DNA of 64,000 nucleotides from Paragordius varius. Its lineage: Eukaryota; Animalia; Nematomorpha. Below the pieces are notes generated by a model. It ran no database searches, was not told the DNA's origin, and worked only from the letters and a program-made list of their open reading frames with translations. A program made the position numbers and the translations under genes. The stretch covers positions 1,116,001-1,180,000 of the forward strand of contig OZ176059.1 of NCBI GenBank assembly GCA_964247055.1, read 5' to 3'. This document shows positions 1 through 12,361 of this stretch, piece by piece (the first letter of the stretch is position 1; the number at the start of each line of letters is the position of its first letter).

Positions 1-425
1 CATTTAATGTAAATTTTAAATCAATATCAACTTTTAATCATTTGGAAACCGTATCTATTTATTTATTTCTTGCAATTATTTTGGATATTTATAATATTTT
101 AAAACGTAATTAAAAATTATATAAGTTTTCTGGGTTATTTTTACAATTTTCATTGAAAACATTTAAAAGTTAATAATATTGTTAAATTATAAAAAATTTA
201 TTTGAAACAAAAAAGTGGTTTTTGAATATAATTTTTTATTTTTAAATGAAGAAATATATAAAAAATGATGAAAATTAAGTTAACAAATAGTAAAATAAAA
301 AAACAAATGCCAAAATTATGGTTATAAAAAACATAAATATTACAACTTGAAGTGTTCAAGGAACAAACTTGAAGTGTACAAGGACCAACTTGAAATGTTC
401 AAGGACCAATTTGAAGTGAAAATGG
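1..425. mobile_element. Family A MITE (21-bp repeat TIRs), right part, truncated by window edge
   Basis: Units of AAGGACCAACTTGAAGTGTTC ending AAATGG-TATA; body matches 2499-3109. Confidence 0.8.
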
Positions 426-759
426 TATATTTATTTGAAGGACTTTCTAGACGATTTTTTTCTTGTAAAAAAGTTATTTTTTTTTAAATTTTAATGCCAA
501 CCAGTAACATATCATATTTCTCAATTAAAAAGAAATTTGTTCGTAAAATGTTTATATAATCCTGTTTTTTCCCAAAAAGAGGAAAATACTAAGGTGATAT
601 AATTATTTTTAAATTAAAAATTTAGAGTCAATTAAATTTATTAACATAGCCACAAATAAAAATTATCTTTAAATTTATCCATAAATACCATATTTTAATA
701 TGTGTGTTGTATTATTTGTCACAATTTTAGGATTTGTTTTACACTCCAAGTATAATCAA

Positions 760-3700
760 TTAAAACGGCCATATGGTAGCTAACAATTTTTGACGAAAAG
801 CTGTATCAAAGTAGAAGTAAATGAAAAAATTATACAGTAGAGCCATGGTGTAAAAGAATACAAGAGATTTATCCACTATTTTATTATTGAGAAATGAGAT
901 TCGGTCATATTTCAATGTCTGTTTAATGTATATATATATATATAATATATATCGCATATCAAATTTTGTTGAAAAAATTTTAAAACAGGAGTGTTCAACA
1001 CAAATGGCTTCTCAGGCCGCATTTTTGACTCAGAAAGACGAAGGGACGCATTCGAAATAAATATTAAATATATTATTAGATATCAGATATAAGACTGTAA
1101 AATGTATACACAATTCAATAATTTTGTCCAGTTAGTTGCCAAATGGATAGAATTATTATCGATTTGCAAAGATTTTGTGAGCATATTCCTGCAAACTATG
1201 TTTATTCAAAATTTTCGCGGGCTGCGTGCCGGACACCCCTGGATAAGAATTATTATGGTTTTTTATAAAATTGGTGGTCTGCTTGCACATAAGGAAAATA
1301 ATTGTAAGTAATAAGTATAAATTAGTTTCGATATAAAGCCCCCACAAAGCTTGACTATAAAACAATTGTTTTGGAAGCAAAATTCTAAATCGTTGGCCTT
1401 TTAAATGATGCATTTAAAACGTAGGACCCATATTCCAATCCTATTATTTTATAAAGATTAATATTTTTGTTCTTTGATACTACACACTTATTTTTATGAT
1501 CAGATTCTTGTAATACATTTATGATTTACTTAAAAATAAGTATTCATTCTTGTACATTTCGTAAATTAAAAAAATTATTTTTAGAAATAATAACATCAAT
1601 TATGAATACGATAAAGTATGGGACCCAAGTGAACAAATACGATATCGTTGATATCAATAACGAATATATGACATTCTTTATCTTTTGATGACTGACTTGT
1701 CTTTTATGCATAACATATATACCAGATTTGATTACAGCGGTTTCATTAGGCCCAGCAGAATTTCCTGTAGGCGGGAAACTCATCACACTACTTATTTTAT
1801 GTGAATCAACATTAGTTTTTGTAATCATATTATTAATATTTTTATTATCAACGAAATTATTGGTGTTATCGTAAAAACCTTGAGCCGAAAGGACAACATC
1901 ACCTCTTGTAACAGAAGATAGAGTGGCCAGCATTTTCTAAACAATTACGGTATGAGAGTAAGTATATATTGCTGGAAAATTATTAATTATTGCCAAATAG
2001 CATATGCAGCCAAGATAATTATTATTGGCTAATAATAGTAAAAAGTGAAAAAAATAACTATAAGCCAATAATACTACCCTTTGTTGTATATGCTATGCTA
2101 TATGGCAATAATTAATAATATACTAGCAATTAATACTTACTCAGACTGTAAATTTTTAAAAAATGTGCATATTACTCAGCGATAATCAATAGGTTCTTTT
2201 AATTATATAATTAAAGATTTCACATAAAAAGATTGTGTTTGATGGAAAAATACATTAGTTGATGTTGCTTTTAAATTTGGGGCTAGTCATAAATTGATTA
2301 CAATTTAGCGTATATTTAGGTTTTATTGAATTTATTAACTCACTGAAAGTCTCACATTTTTGAAACCAGCGCAAAAAAATCGAGATTTCGGGAAAAAACT
2401 TTTCGCAAAAGCGTACACTTTTTTTAAGATCCAATTTCAGCCAAATTCTGTTAAACCTTTTCGGTTATGCACACCAGAAACGATTGTCACTAAATATACA
2501 ATTTGCACTTCGAGCGTGTCCCTGAACACTTCAAGTTGGTCTTTGAACACTTTAAGTTGGTCCTTGAACATTCCGAATTGGTCCTTAAACACTTCAAGTT
2601 GCTTAAAATTTTTGATTTAACCATAATTAATGCATGTTTTTTATTTTTTTATTTTTTAACCTAATTTTTTTCATTCATTATATATTTATTCATTTAAAAA
2701 TAAAATTTTTATTCAAAAACCACTTTTTTGCAAACTATTTTTTTCCAATTTAACAAAATTATTAATTCAATGTTTTTAATAAAAAATTGTAATAATAACC
2801 CAAAAACTTATATATTTTTTATTACGTGTAAATCTTATAAATATCCAAAATAATTAATAAAATAATAAAGATATACGGTTTCAATTATTAAAGGTTGATA
2901 TTGATTTAAAATTTATGTTAATAGAAAGTAGGTTAAAAACGATAAAATAGATAAATGATATACGGTTTGATTGATAAGAGGTAATAACATAACAAAAAAG
3001 TCAAAGGATCAACTTGAAGTGTTCAAGAACCAACTTGAAATGTTCAAGGACCAACTTGAAGTGTTCAAGGACCAACTTGAATTCAAGGACACTCTTAAAG
3101 TGCAAATGGTATATATTGATAAAATGCATACTTTAGATAATCTGGCTACGCTAATTAGTGCATGACGCATCTTAACAATTTTCGAAGGGATGGCCGCATG
3201 ATTGATTGAAATTATTTTATTCGCTGCCATGTGTCTCATTATTGATATATAGTTGGTTATCATGGAAATTGTTGGTACCACAAAAGTTATGACAGTTATT
3301 CCAATAGTGTAGAATCGCAATGAGGTGGTACTTATGACTATACCACAATCGATGTTAACCAAATATCGGTATAAAAGGACTGTTTTAGAAGTTATATTTA
3401 GGTTGATTAAGTTATTTTTGTTAACATACGGTATTTGAATAAATGGGAAGTCAAAAGCACCAGATACATGTTCGATAACCTTGTCTGCATCTAAATGATA
3501 CTCAATTTCGTTCCTAGAAAAGATAAATTGGCCATATGGAATGGGTTTAGTTGGTTTAAATGTGTAATAAAGTGCTAGACCAGTATCCATAATTAATTCT
3601 TTGAGGTGTGCTAAAATAAATATACGACATAACACTTCAGGGGTCGTGGAGTTAGGGTGCCTGTGACTTGACATCCATTCTTTCTTCCACACATGATTTA

Positions 3701-6470
3701 AGTAATATAATCTCTCATATAATATGGCTTCAAGACTAACGATAGAATTGTTATTTACATTGTGCTGATAATTCGTATTCGACATAAAATTTTCCAAATT
3801 TATCAACTCCTGGCCACTCATAAACACACCTTTGGGTAGGAAAAAGGTACAATTAATAAAGTTTGACAATGTATGATTATTATAATCATGTATTTCATGT
3901 TGGATTCGTTTGTGTGGTTCATTATATTCTTGTTGTTTACGTTGAAATACTACTTCAAACGTGTTAGCTGGCATAAAAATTAATGTATATACAATATTAT
4001 AAATGTAAAAATGAGGCAGGCTAACGAAAAGCGCATACACCCAAATGCAGCAGGATAGGACATAACTCTGTTTTCGCGTCTTTGGCATAAAACTGTTGAA
4101 AAGTTTTTTTTGATACGTCTGAAGTTTGCCAATATCTATTAAATATGGATCATTATTTTTGCTCATTATTTGAATTATAGGGATAATTTTATTAATACCA
4201 CTGGCATTACTGGATCTACTATTGTTATTGTGGCTTTCGGTATTATTAATGTGAGGCTTATTTTTAATAGTTATGAGGTATCGCTCGATTGATATGGCCC
4301 ATAAGAAGGTAATCTGAATCGTACTACAAAAGGTGGGTAACATCTTTACCATGTTACAAAGAAACGTACCTATGTGCAAAAAATAATTTAATCATAAAAA
4401 TAAAATTATGGTTATTTATATTTAGATCGTTCAATAGGCTATCAGGTGTATTTAAAAGTTTTTACCGGTTTATTATAAAAATATATGTATGAAAGGAAAT
4501 ATTTATTTTATTTAATATGTATATCGGCAACATTTCGCTATCTTAGGTATATTAATGTCGTGCCAAAAAAGCTGATTGACTTTTGCGGCTAACCATTTGT
4601 AAAGTCATTTGCTAACGTTTTAATTATTAAAATGCTGCTCTATGCGTGTGAGCCATTGATGCGAAAAGGTATAATCAGGTAACGCCAAGTCAGAAGACTT
4701 TGCCATGTTTTCGGGTTCATTTCTATTTTTCGCTTAATGCATGGTTTGGAAGAGGTGACAGCGTTGTGCAATAACAATTTCACGGGACTTAAAAAGTTTA
4801 TAATATACAATACCGCTCTGGTCCTATATCTGCTTTGGATTTACAAAATAAAGTCATTTCTTATCACTCGTTCTAATTCAATACAAAAACGATTTTTTTG
4901 GCGACGTTGAAGCAGGATTTCACAAGTCACTTTGCAATTTTTGATATGCCGTTTATTCAAACTTTGTCAGACCCATTTACCGTGCTTATTGGTCTTTCCC
5001 AATGCTGGTAAACATATATTGATTGTTTTTTTATGAAACATATATGCTTCTGCCACTTGTTGTTAAGTTTGAGTTACATCATCATCCAAATTGCATTTTA
5101 GCGTCTTCACAGTTGTGTGTGTACCAGAGCGCCATACTCTTTTACATGATCACAACTTTAAATATTTCTAAATTTTTTACATGTGTTAATCGATATCATC
5201 ACATATTCCATCCAGGAAACGAAAACTTTCATCACCCTTTTTCTGCTCATGGCAATGGGGGCCGCAGATGTTTTTTTGGCAAATTGGATATAATTATATA
5301 AATGATAAAAAATAAAACGCTATTTTTGGCGAACTCAACTTGTGTGTTTGTCGTTTAATGTCAGATTAACAAAATGGAAACTGTATTAAATTAATTGTTT
5401 GCGCACTTTTCGCTGACTTCATCTATATAAACCAGTAATAACATGATTACACATGTTATATCACTTTCTTTTATTTACATTTCTTAATCCTATTAATCTT
5501 TACAAACATAGCCGGTGGCATGGATATCCAATTCGATTGTTTAGTGCTCTGATATAAAGGTTAAATTGGAGCATTTACGTAACCAGTGATTTCAAAACAA
5601 GCTTTTTACCTGGAGAAATTTTTCTTGACAAAATTTTTAGCTGTCGGTATCAATCACTCATTAATATTTGTCTAACTATTTTTTTCAATTATCATCGGCC
5701 TCAATCAGCTTTTGTTGGCCAAGAAAAAACGGTTCCGATATATCGGTTTCAACGATCTTTACATCTTAAAAAAATACATTTTTAATACAATTTACTTTAT
5801 TTTATTTAAATCATATTTTGTTTCAATTATTTTAAATTAATAAAGAGCAACAACACATTGTATCAAAATATTAGACTATTTGTATATTGTATTAAATGGA
5901 ACCGAAATCACAAACCTTTGTCCAAAAAACATAAACATAGAGCGTCTATTTTTGCCAAAAAATTATTTGAAACCGAAACCGTTTCTTAAAAATGTGAATC
6001 TGGAACAGAGGCAAAAAAAGTTTTAAAACCGGAAAGACACATCATCATATTAATTGACTTTTAGCTTTCGCACGTATTATTTAGCAAAATACGTTAAGCA
6101 ACATTCAATTAGTATTAGAACAAAAGCCCTAATTAAAAATTTAACCTTCGGTGTAATCATTTGTGTGGGATAAATCATGTAGTTTTTGGGGAATTACGCA
6201 AGAGCCAGTGATCATCATAGCAAAAGTCAAGTTTTTAATGTAGACATAGGTTGTGCTAGAAAAAAATTTACGATTTTTGGGCCTTATATACACGAAAAGT
6301 ATCAAGCAATTGAGAATGAAACCCGTGATAAGAAGTATTGTAATCGTATATATATAAGCAAATGTATAAGAATCATTATCTAAAACTCCCATATAATTAG
6401 TATTAACTTTGCTATTGTCGTTTCCGACTTCATTTTCATCAGCTATTTTGTTTTTTATGTCCACAATCAT
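760..6470 (-). CDS. Class A (rhodopsin-like, peptide-receptor-like) GPCR, 700 aa, 4 exons
   Basis: Exons (minus) 6470-6146, 4369-3132, 1936-1556, 918-760; all GT-AG with matching phases (1,0,0), 2103 nt. Motifs: TM1 GFILNCLILFVY, TM2 IKNLTFAM, TM3 C..ISIERY, TM4 IWVYALFVSLP, ECL2 Cys (IDCG), TM5 FVVPTISMITNY, TM6 FTWVPY, TM7/H8 YNFFIYFYFDTAFRQKL. Confidence 0.9.
986..1241. mobile_element. hAT-type MITE (CAGG(G/A)GTG termini)
   Basis: Starts CAGGAGTGTTCAAC, ends GGACACCCCTG; ends resemble the hAT at 32246-34978; TSD degraded. Confidence 0.65.
1948..2148. mobile_element. Family I MITE, Tc1/mariner(pogo)-like, TA TSD
   Basis: TIR CAGTATGAGTAAGTATACATTG-like flanked by TA; copies at 40549-40775 and 62079-62255. 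Confidence 0.75.
2499..3109. mobile_element. Family A MITE
   Basis: TATA-CAATTTGCACTTC ... GTGCAAATGG-TATA with 21-bp GAACACTTCAAGTTGGTCCTT arrays in both TIRs; in GPCR intron 2, 22 nt from the donor. Confidence 0.85.
4442..5458 (-). mobile_element. Degenerate mariner (Mos1-like) transposon relic in GPCR intron 1
   Basis: Minus-strand fragments with stops and frameshifts: EDAKMQ-LDDDVTQT*QQVAEA, VTCEILLQRRQK..TSDKK*LYFVNPK, DQSGIVYYKLFKSREIV, SDLALPDY; TA-TCAGGTGTA TIR at 4442 and a decayed inverted copy at 5429-5458. Confidence 0.8.
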
Positions 6471-7059
6471 TTATGACAGGATAGAAAGAGATAAGTAAGA
6501 AATGTAAGATTTAAGGAAACAGTTAAAAATTTGAAAATATTATAAGTAGGTTTTTGTTCAAATTCTACAAGGTATTTTTCATCACCTCACACTAACATGT
6601 ATTCCAGTAATGTAATTAACATTAAAAATGGTTTGGACAAAAGACGGAAATATATGAATGGTTCAATTAGTAAATTAAATTTTTTCCAATCTACCAAATT
6701 TTTTGATAAATAGAACGAAGGTAATACGTATGATATGATATTATAATTTTGTTAAATAATTTTTATTTTATAATTGAATTATGAGATCTGTAATATTTAT
6801 TATAATTTAAACATAATTTGCAAATGGATTCTAAATATCAAATCAGTGCCAATTTATATATTGAAAATATTAATTGTGTGCTCTAATAAAAGGGCGGAAT
6901 TTTGTTGATTATAGTTGAGCTAAAAACTTAAATACAATGTTCTAGCTTACATAATGGGGTAGTTTTATTTTCAGAACTAAATTTTGAAAATAAACTACAG
7001 ATTTGAAAATTATTTTAGTTTAAATTTAATTATCAAACATTGTTCTCATGTATTACATT

Positions 7060-7400
7060 AAAAAGCTTATACTTTTTACAGTTTTGTGACTTATAGAGTC
7101 AAAAATTGGGACACCACCAAAACACGATTGAAACGAACAGCTGATATTAAATTTAAAATATATCAAGTTTTAGCATGGAGCCTGAAAGCTTTATTAATAT
7201 ACTTTATTTGCCAGTTGCATTAGTGATTCAAAAAAAATTATAGAAAAAAATGGCGGCAAAAAAGTAAAAAAAATGTATAATGCGACTAAAAGGCAAAAGA
7301 AAGCATATTTTAAATTTGGCTTAATATTTAATTCAAATTTCGCGTCTGGGATATAAAACTATCCCAAAAGGTAATGAGAAGTTTCATCAATTATATAATT
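7060..7400. repeat. Dispersed repeat family L, class unknown
   Basis: Clear inverted homology to ~49050-49600 (GTTTTGTGACT..AAATTGGGACA..CAGCTGATATTAAA; GGGATATAAAA..CCCAAAAGGTAATG); fragment near 17050-17110. Confidence 0.65.
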
Positions 7401-8128
7401 AATTGTTGTAATTTTTGTTTTAAGTTTAATATTTTACATGGGAATAAAAAATTTATAGAGTGAATTTGTTTTTTCTAATACATTTAAGGACATTGCAATG
7501 CACAAAATGAGAGGGTAGTCATTATTGACGTGTTAACAGTTTAACTGCTCCCCGGTCGCCAATACAAATGTAATAGAAGAATTTTTCACACAATTTTTGA
7601 TTTGTCCAATGTAGAGAATTTTATTGCACACGGATTGACTAAAGCTCAAATAGCCATAATATGAGTTTTATCAACTGCAGATTGTTTTTATATTATGGAT
7701 TTATTAAATGATAATTTTTTCCCAAATGGCTTTATTACAGCTTACTTCTTATATGATTGTACAATGAAAATTGACTTCTTTTATTCAAATGCAATCAGTA
7801 TGTATTTTTCTTTGAGATATATGTTTAAATTGTGTAATAGAAAACCGAAGAATACAAGTTTGTGAGTGTTTTGAAGCTCTCATAGTGATCCAAAAAGAAT
7901 TATATATTAATTATTTTTTAATCACCAATTTTTAATTATATTTAAAGAATGTTATGACCTACGTCTTAGATATCATTAGAAAAATATGATTATTAATTGT
8001 TATTTATAAAAAGTTTATTATAGTTTATTTCAAAGTCATAATGCGGATATTGTAAGTGAAATATTCTTACAATAGGGGTTTTTATATGAGGGGGTCCTCT
8101 CATTTTTGAAAAAAAAACGCGTACAGTA

Positions 8129-8386
8129 CAGTAAAAATTGATACGGACAAAATGTAAAAAAAAGATAAATATTTTCTAAAAAACAATTATACTTAAAACT
8201 CATTAATAATTGCAAAAGTATGGAATAGAGATGTATAATGGCAACACAATCAATTATACATTTTACAATTTCATTTAAATAGTTTATATAAAAAAAAAAC
8301 AAGAAAATTTGAAAAAGTCAAGTCTTTATAAAAAAATATTTGTCTTTATATTTTTACATTTTGTCCGTATAATTTGAATTTTAATG
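8129..8386. mobile_element. Family E MITE (CAGT termini, TA TSD)
   Basis: TIR CAGTAAAA..ATTATACGGACAAAA(C/T)GTAAAAA; other copies ~18305-18533, ~36030-36295, 42708-42977, ~52610-52875. Confidence 0.75.
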
Positions 8387-9204
8387 TAATTTGTAACACA
8401 GAGTGTGCTAAACAGCGATATTTTTTTTGCACAACTTTTTTAAACTTAAATGAAAAAGTTTTCATAAAAAATTATTTCCTTTAATTTATCCAGTCCTTTT
8501 TTATATATCTTCATTTTAATTTTCTCCCCAAAAAAGCTCATGATGAGATAGATAGACAAATATTTACATCCGATTATAAGTAAAGTAAACTTATATAGGT
8601 ATTTATAATAATGTATATATTTATAACATACTATATTATGGTGCTTAATGCATAACACGTGGACACTATGGCATATAATACAATAAATATAGATAAACAT
8701 AAATAAATATATATATAATATATGATTATGGTAAAATATGTGCTTTAAAGGTGTTATGCACTAATATACATGCATATATTTAATTTGAATAACCATAATA
8801 TATATTTTGTTGTAGCAAAGAAAACCATTAAGATTTCGAAATGACGTGTAAATTTTTTTGGAAAAAAATATAACTTGATAAAAACACTATGTAAAGGGAT
8901 TAGGAGTTAAAAACAGAACAAAAAAAGATAATATATGTAAAAATAACAACCAACCACTGAAAAATAAATCAACCGATTTTATTGTTGTCAATTAACAAAT
9001 GTGGTTAAAATTATTCTCTATATATGGATAATTTAATTATTTAACAAATGGATAAGGTGGTTAACATAACAGGCCTGTGTGTGCGTCTATGTATAGATAT
9101 ACTAGTATAAAAATTTTTATTTAATGCCATTCTTTATAGTTTATATACATACTATTGATTAAATGTGATATGATAGATATGTGAAAATACATATTTAAGA
9201 TAAA

Positions 9205-11042
9205 TTAAGGTAAAGTAGAAGCCAGCGGTCTAGCTTGAAGATACTGGATAGAGCCTTTGCAAAACAGAAGGGCCCCCAAAATAATCAAAAACCACCATAA
9301 ACCAATTTCAGCGGTATTAACGCTCAAGGAATGCTAAATGTATATAATAAAATGCCATAATTATATACCATTTACAATTCAAATTCACCCTTAAACAATT
9401 CAAATTCCACCGCAAATAAATTATATGTTTTTTGAGATGAAAAATTAACTATATATTTTTTATAATTTTAAAAAATAATAATAAACAATGCCATAAAGAT
9501 ATAATTCATATTAATAATGAGTTATATTAGTTTGAAAACACATAATTTATTTTTAGGGTGAATTTAAATTGTTCGAGGGTGTTAAATTGTTCAAGGGTTA
9601 ATTTGAATTGTTCGAGGGTGAATTTGAACTGTAAATGGTATATTATATTATATAAATAGAGCACACATACTCACATGACCCCCTTATGTTAAATTAAAAT
9701 TTCTCTAGTCTCTAGTTTTATAATGTAATTTTTAAATACAAAAATTAAATATAAACTAATAAATTTTATGGGAAGATATAATGATATATGAGCTTTTAAT
9801 CAAAAAACATTTTTATCTTAAACTGATTATAAATGCTATAACTATAGCGGAACCGCTTAACCAGTAATAAACGTAGTAATTTAATAATTGGAATTGACAA
9901 AAAATTAAAATTTTAATATTTATTCAATTATTTGGCTGTTAATTATTTCATTGAGATACAAATATATCGAAGTTAAATGCTTAGACACAACCGGTAATTA
10001 TTACGGTAAAAAAACTACATAAAAAGTTAATAAATTGACTTTTTTACAACAATTCATGAGTGAGGTGAGTGCAAACGATTCTATCATATTCTCATAATGT
10101 GCATTAATTTATATTTGACTGTTGATATATTTGGCATATTTTAAATTTATACATCAAAAAAGGGAATTTCAAATTACGACGCTTGATTACCTTATATATA
10201 CCATTTACGATTCAAATTCACCCTTGAACAATTAAAATTCTTAACAATAAATTATGTGTTTTTGGGCTGATATAACTCACTATTAATATGAAATATGGTC
10301 CAATTGAATTAAAGCTAGTATATACTAAAAACTAGGTATTTTCCAGTATATACTAGCTATGAATTCAATAAAAAAATATATTGCTTTTATTATGCAGTAA
10401 GTACGATTTATCAGTATTTACTGACAAATTTCATTGAATAAAAACTGTTTGTTTACAAATGCCTAGTACTTACTGTTTTTTTAAGCTGGTAGATGGCAAC
10501 ATTTTAAACTATTATTTTTTCACTTAAAATAATATCGGTTATATTTTATATATATATGTATATATATATATAAATATAATCATACCAATATATTTATTAA
10601 ATTTTAATGGTTTTACTATTTATAATAATTTTTTCTTTCTTTTTAAGCTTTGTGAGAGTTCAATTTGCAGAGAAATGAATTCCTTATAAGTGGATTTATT
10701 CCTTTTTACCTTTCCAAAATTATATATAAACAAATACTCAGTTTTGATTCCTTCGTTTCTGATTTGATTTCTATTTTTAAATTAAAATAATTATACTCGG
10801 ATAATCTATGTCATTATCAATCAATATTTATCCGTCTGAATATACCGCGCCCTGTATTCTTTCAAATATAGGTTTTTCTGTATCAAAAATAAATGATTGC
10901 AATTTAATATCCCAGGTTTTTAAATTTGTTTTATTCAGATTTCGAATTATCATACTTCTTTCATTTGGGGTTTCATGTTGTTAATTTTTTTCGGATTTAA
11001 GAAATGTTCATATATTTGTCATTCATATTTTTAGGTTCGACT

Positions 11043-11081
<39 letters not shown>

Positions 11082-12325
11082 CTTTGTTTTTTTGCAATGA
11101 GATTGTATTAGTTTTGTTAAAAAATATTGGATTTTTCCCAAGAATGTCCACAATTATACCATTTTCTTCGGTCATATTAATTTTGTTTTAAATATTTAAG
11201 TTTATATACCTTATAAAGATCTTAATTTTAATTTATAAACATTAAAATTTTATATATATTTTTGATACAGAAAACCCTATATTTGAAAGAATACAGGGCG
11301 CGGTATATTCAGACGGGGAAATATTGATTGATAATGTTGATGATGACATATAGATAATCCGAGTATAATTATTTATAATTTAAAAATAGAACTCAAATCA
11401 GAAACGAAGGATTTAAAACCGAGTATATTTGTTTATATATAATTTTGGAAAGGTAAAAAGGTGATTATATATATAAAAAAAAACATTTAACTTAGAAATT
11501 TTATAAAAATATAACCGATATTATTTCAAGTGAAAAAATAATAGTTTAAAATGTTGCCATTTACCAGCTTAAAAAACTAGTAAGTACCAGGTAAGTAAAA
11601 AAACAATTTTTGTTCAATGAAATTTGTCAGTAAATAGTGGTAAACATAGTACATACTGGATAGTAAAAGCAATATCTTTTTTATTCAATACATCATAGTA
11701 GCAAGTATATACTGGAAAAAACCTAGTAGTTTTAAGTATGTACTAACTTTTCTTCCCCATATTGGCTTATTTCATAATTTTTTCAGTAAGGATTATTTTA
11801 ATTATAAACGAGATTTCAATTTTTAAATTTATATAGAAAAAAATATAGGTAATATTGAATGTTAAAAAACACAATAATTTATTTTAGGGTGTAAATATGA
11901 TTTGTTCGAGGGTGAATTTGAATTGTAAATGGTATATTAAACACATTTTTAGTACCGATATATAATTTTATAAGTAAAAAATATAAAAATATTAAAAAAT
12001 ATGGTTACCCGAACAATAAAGGTCCATTTAACGATGGAAAGTCCAAAACCAGCCAAAGCTCCACACCGACCCGCTAAAGTTTGTGATATGCAAACGGCAA
12101 ACAAAAATCCAATCCAATTGAATATGAATGAGACTAGAAATAAAGAATAAATGATTATAAAAAACAATTTTAATATTATCTTTTTTTTGAGAAAAGTTTA
12201 TAGAAAATTTTATAAATCTAACAGTTTATACTATAAAATATTTAGTAAACAGCAAATTTGTTAACCTTTTTTTTCATAAGCCATAGATCATAGAAATAAA
12301 TGAGACTAAAATGGTTGAAATAAGG

Positions 12326-12361
<36 letters not shown>

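Noticed and set aside
2499-3109. GAA-N3-TTC in 21-bp units as heat-shock or STAT elements
   Set aside because: HSE needs GAA-N2-TTC and STAT needs TTC-N3-GAA; neither spacing nor orientation fits.
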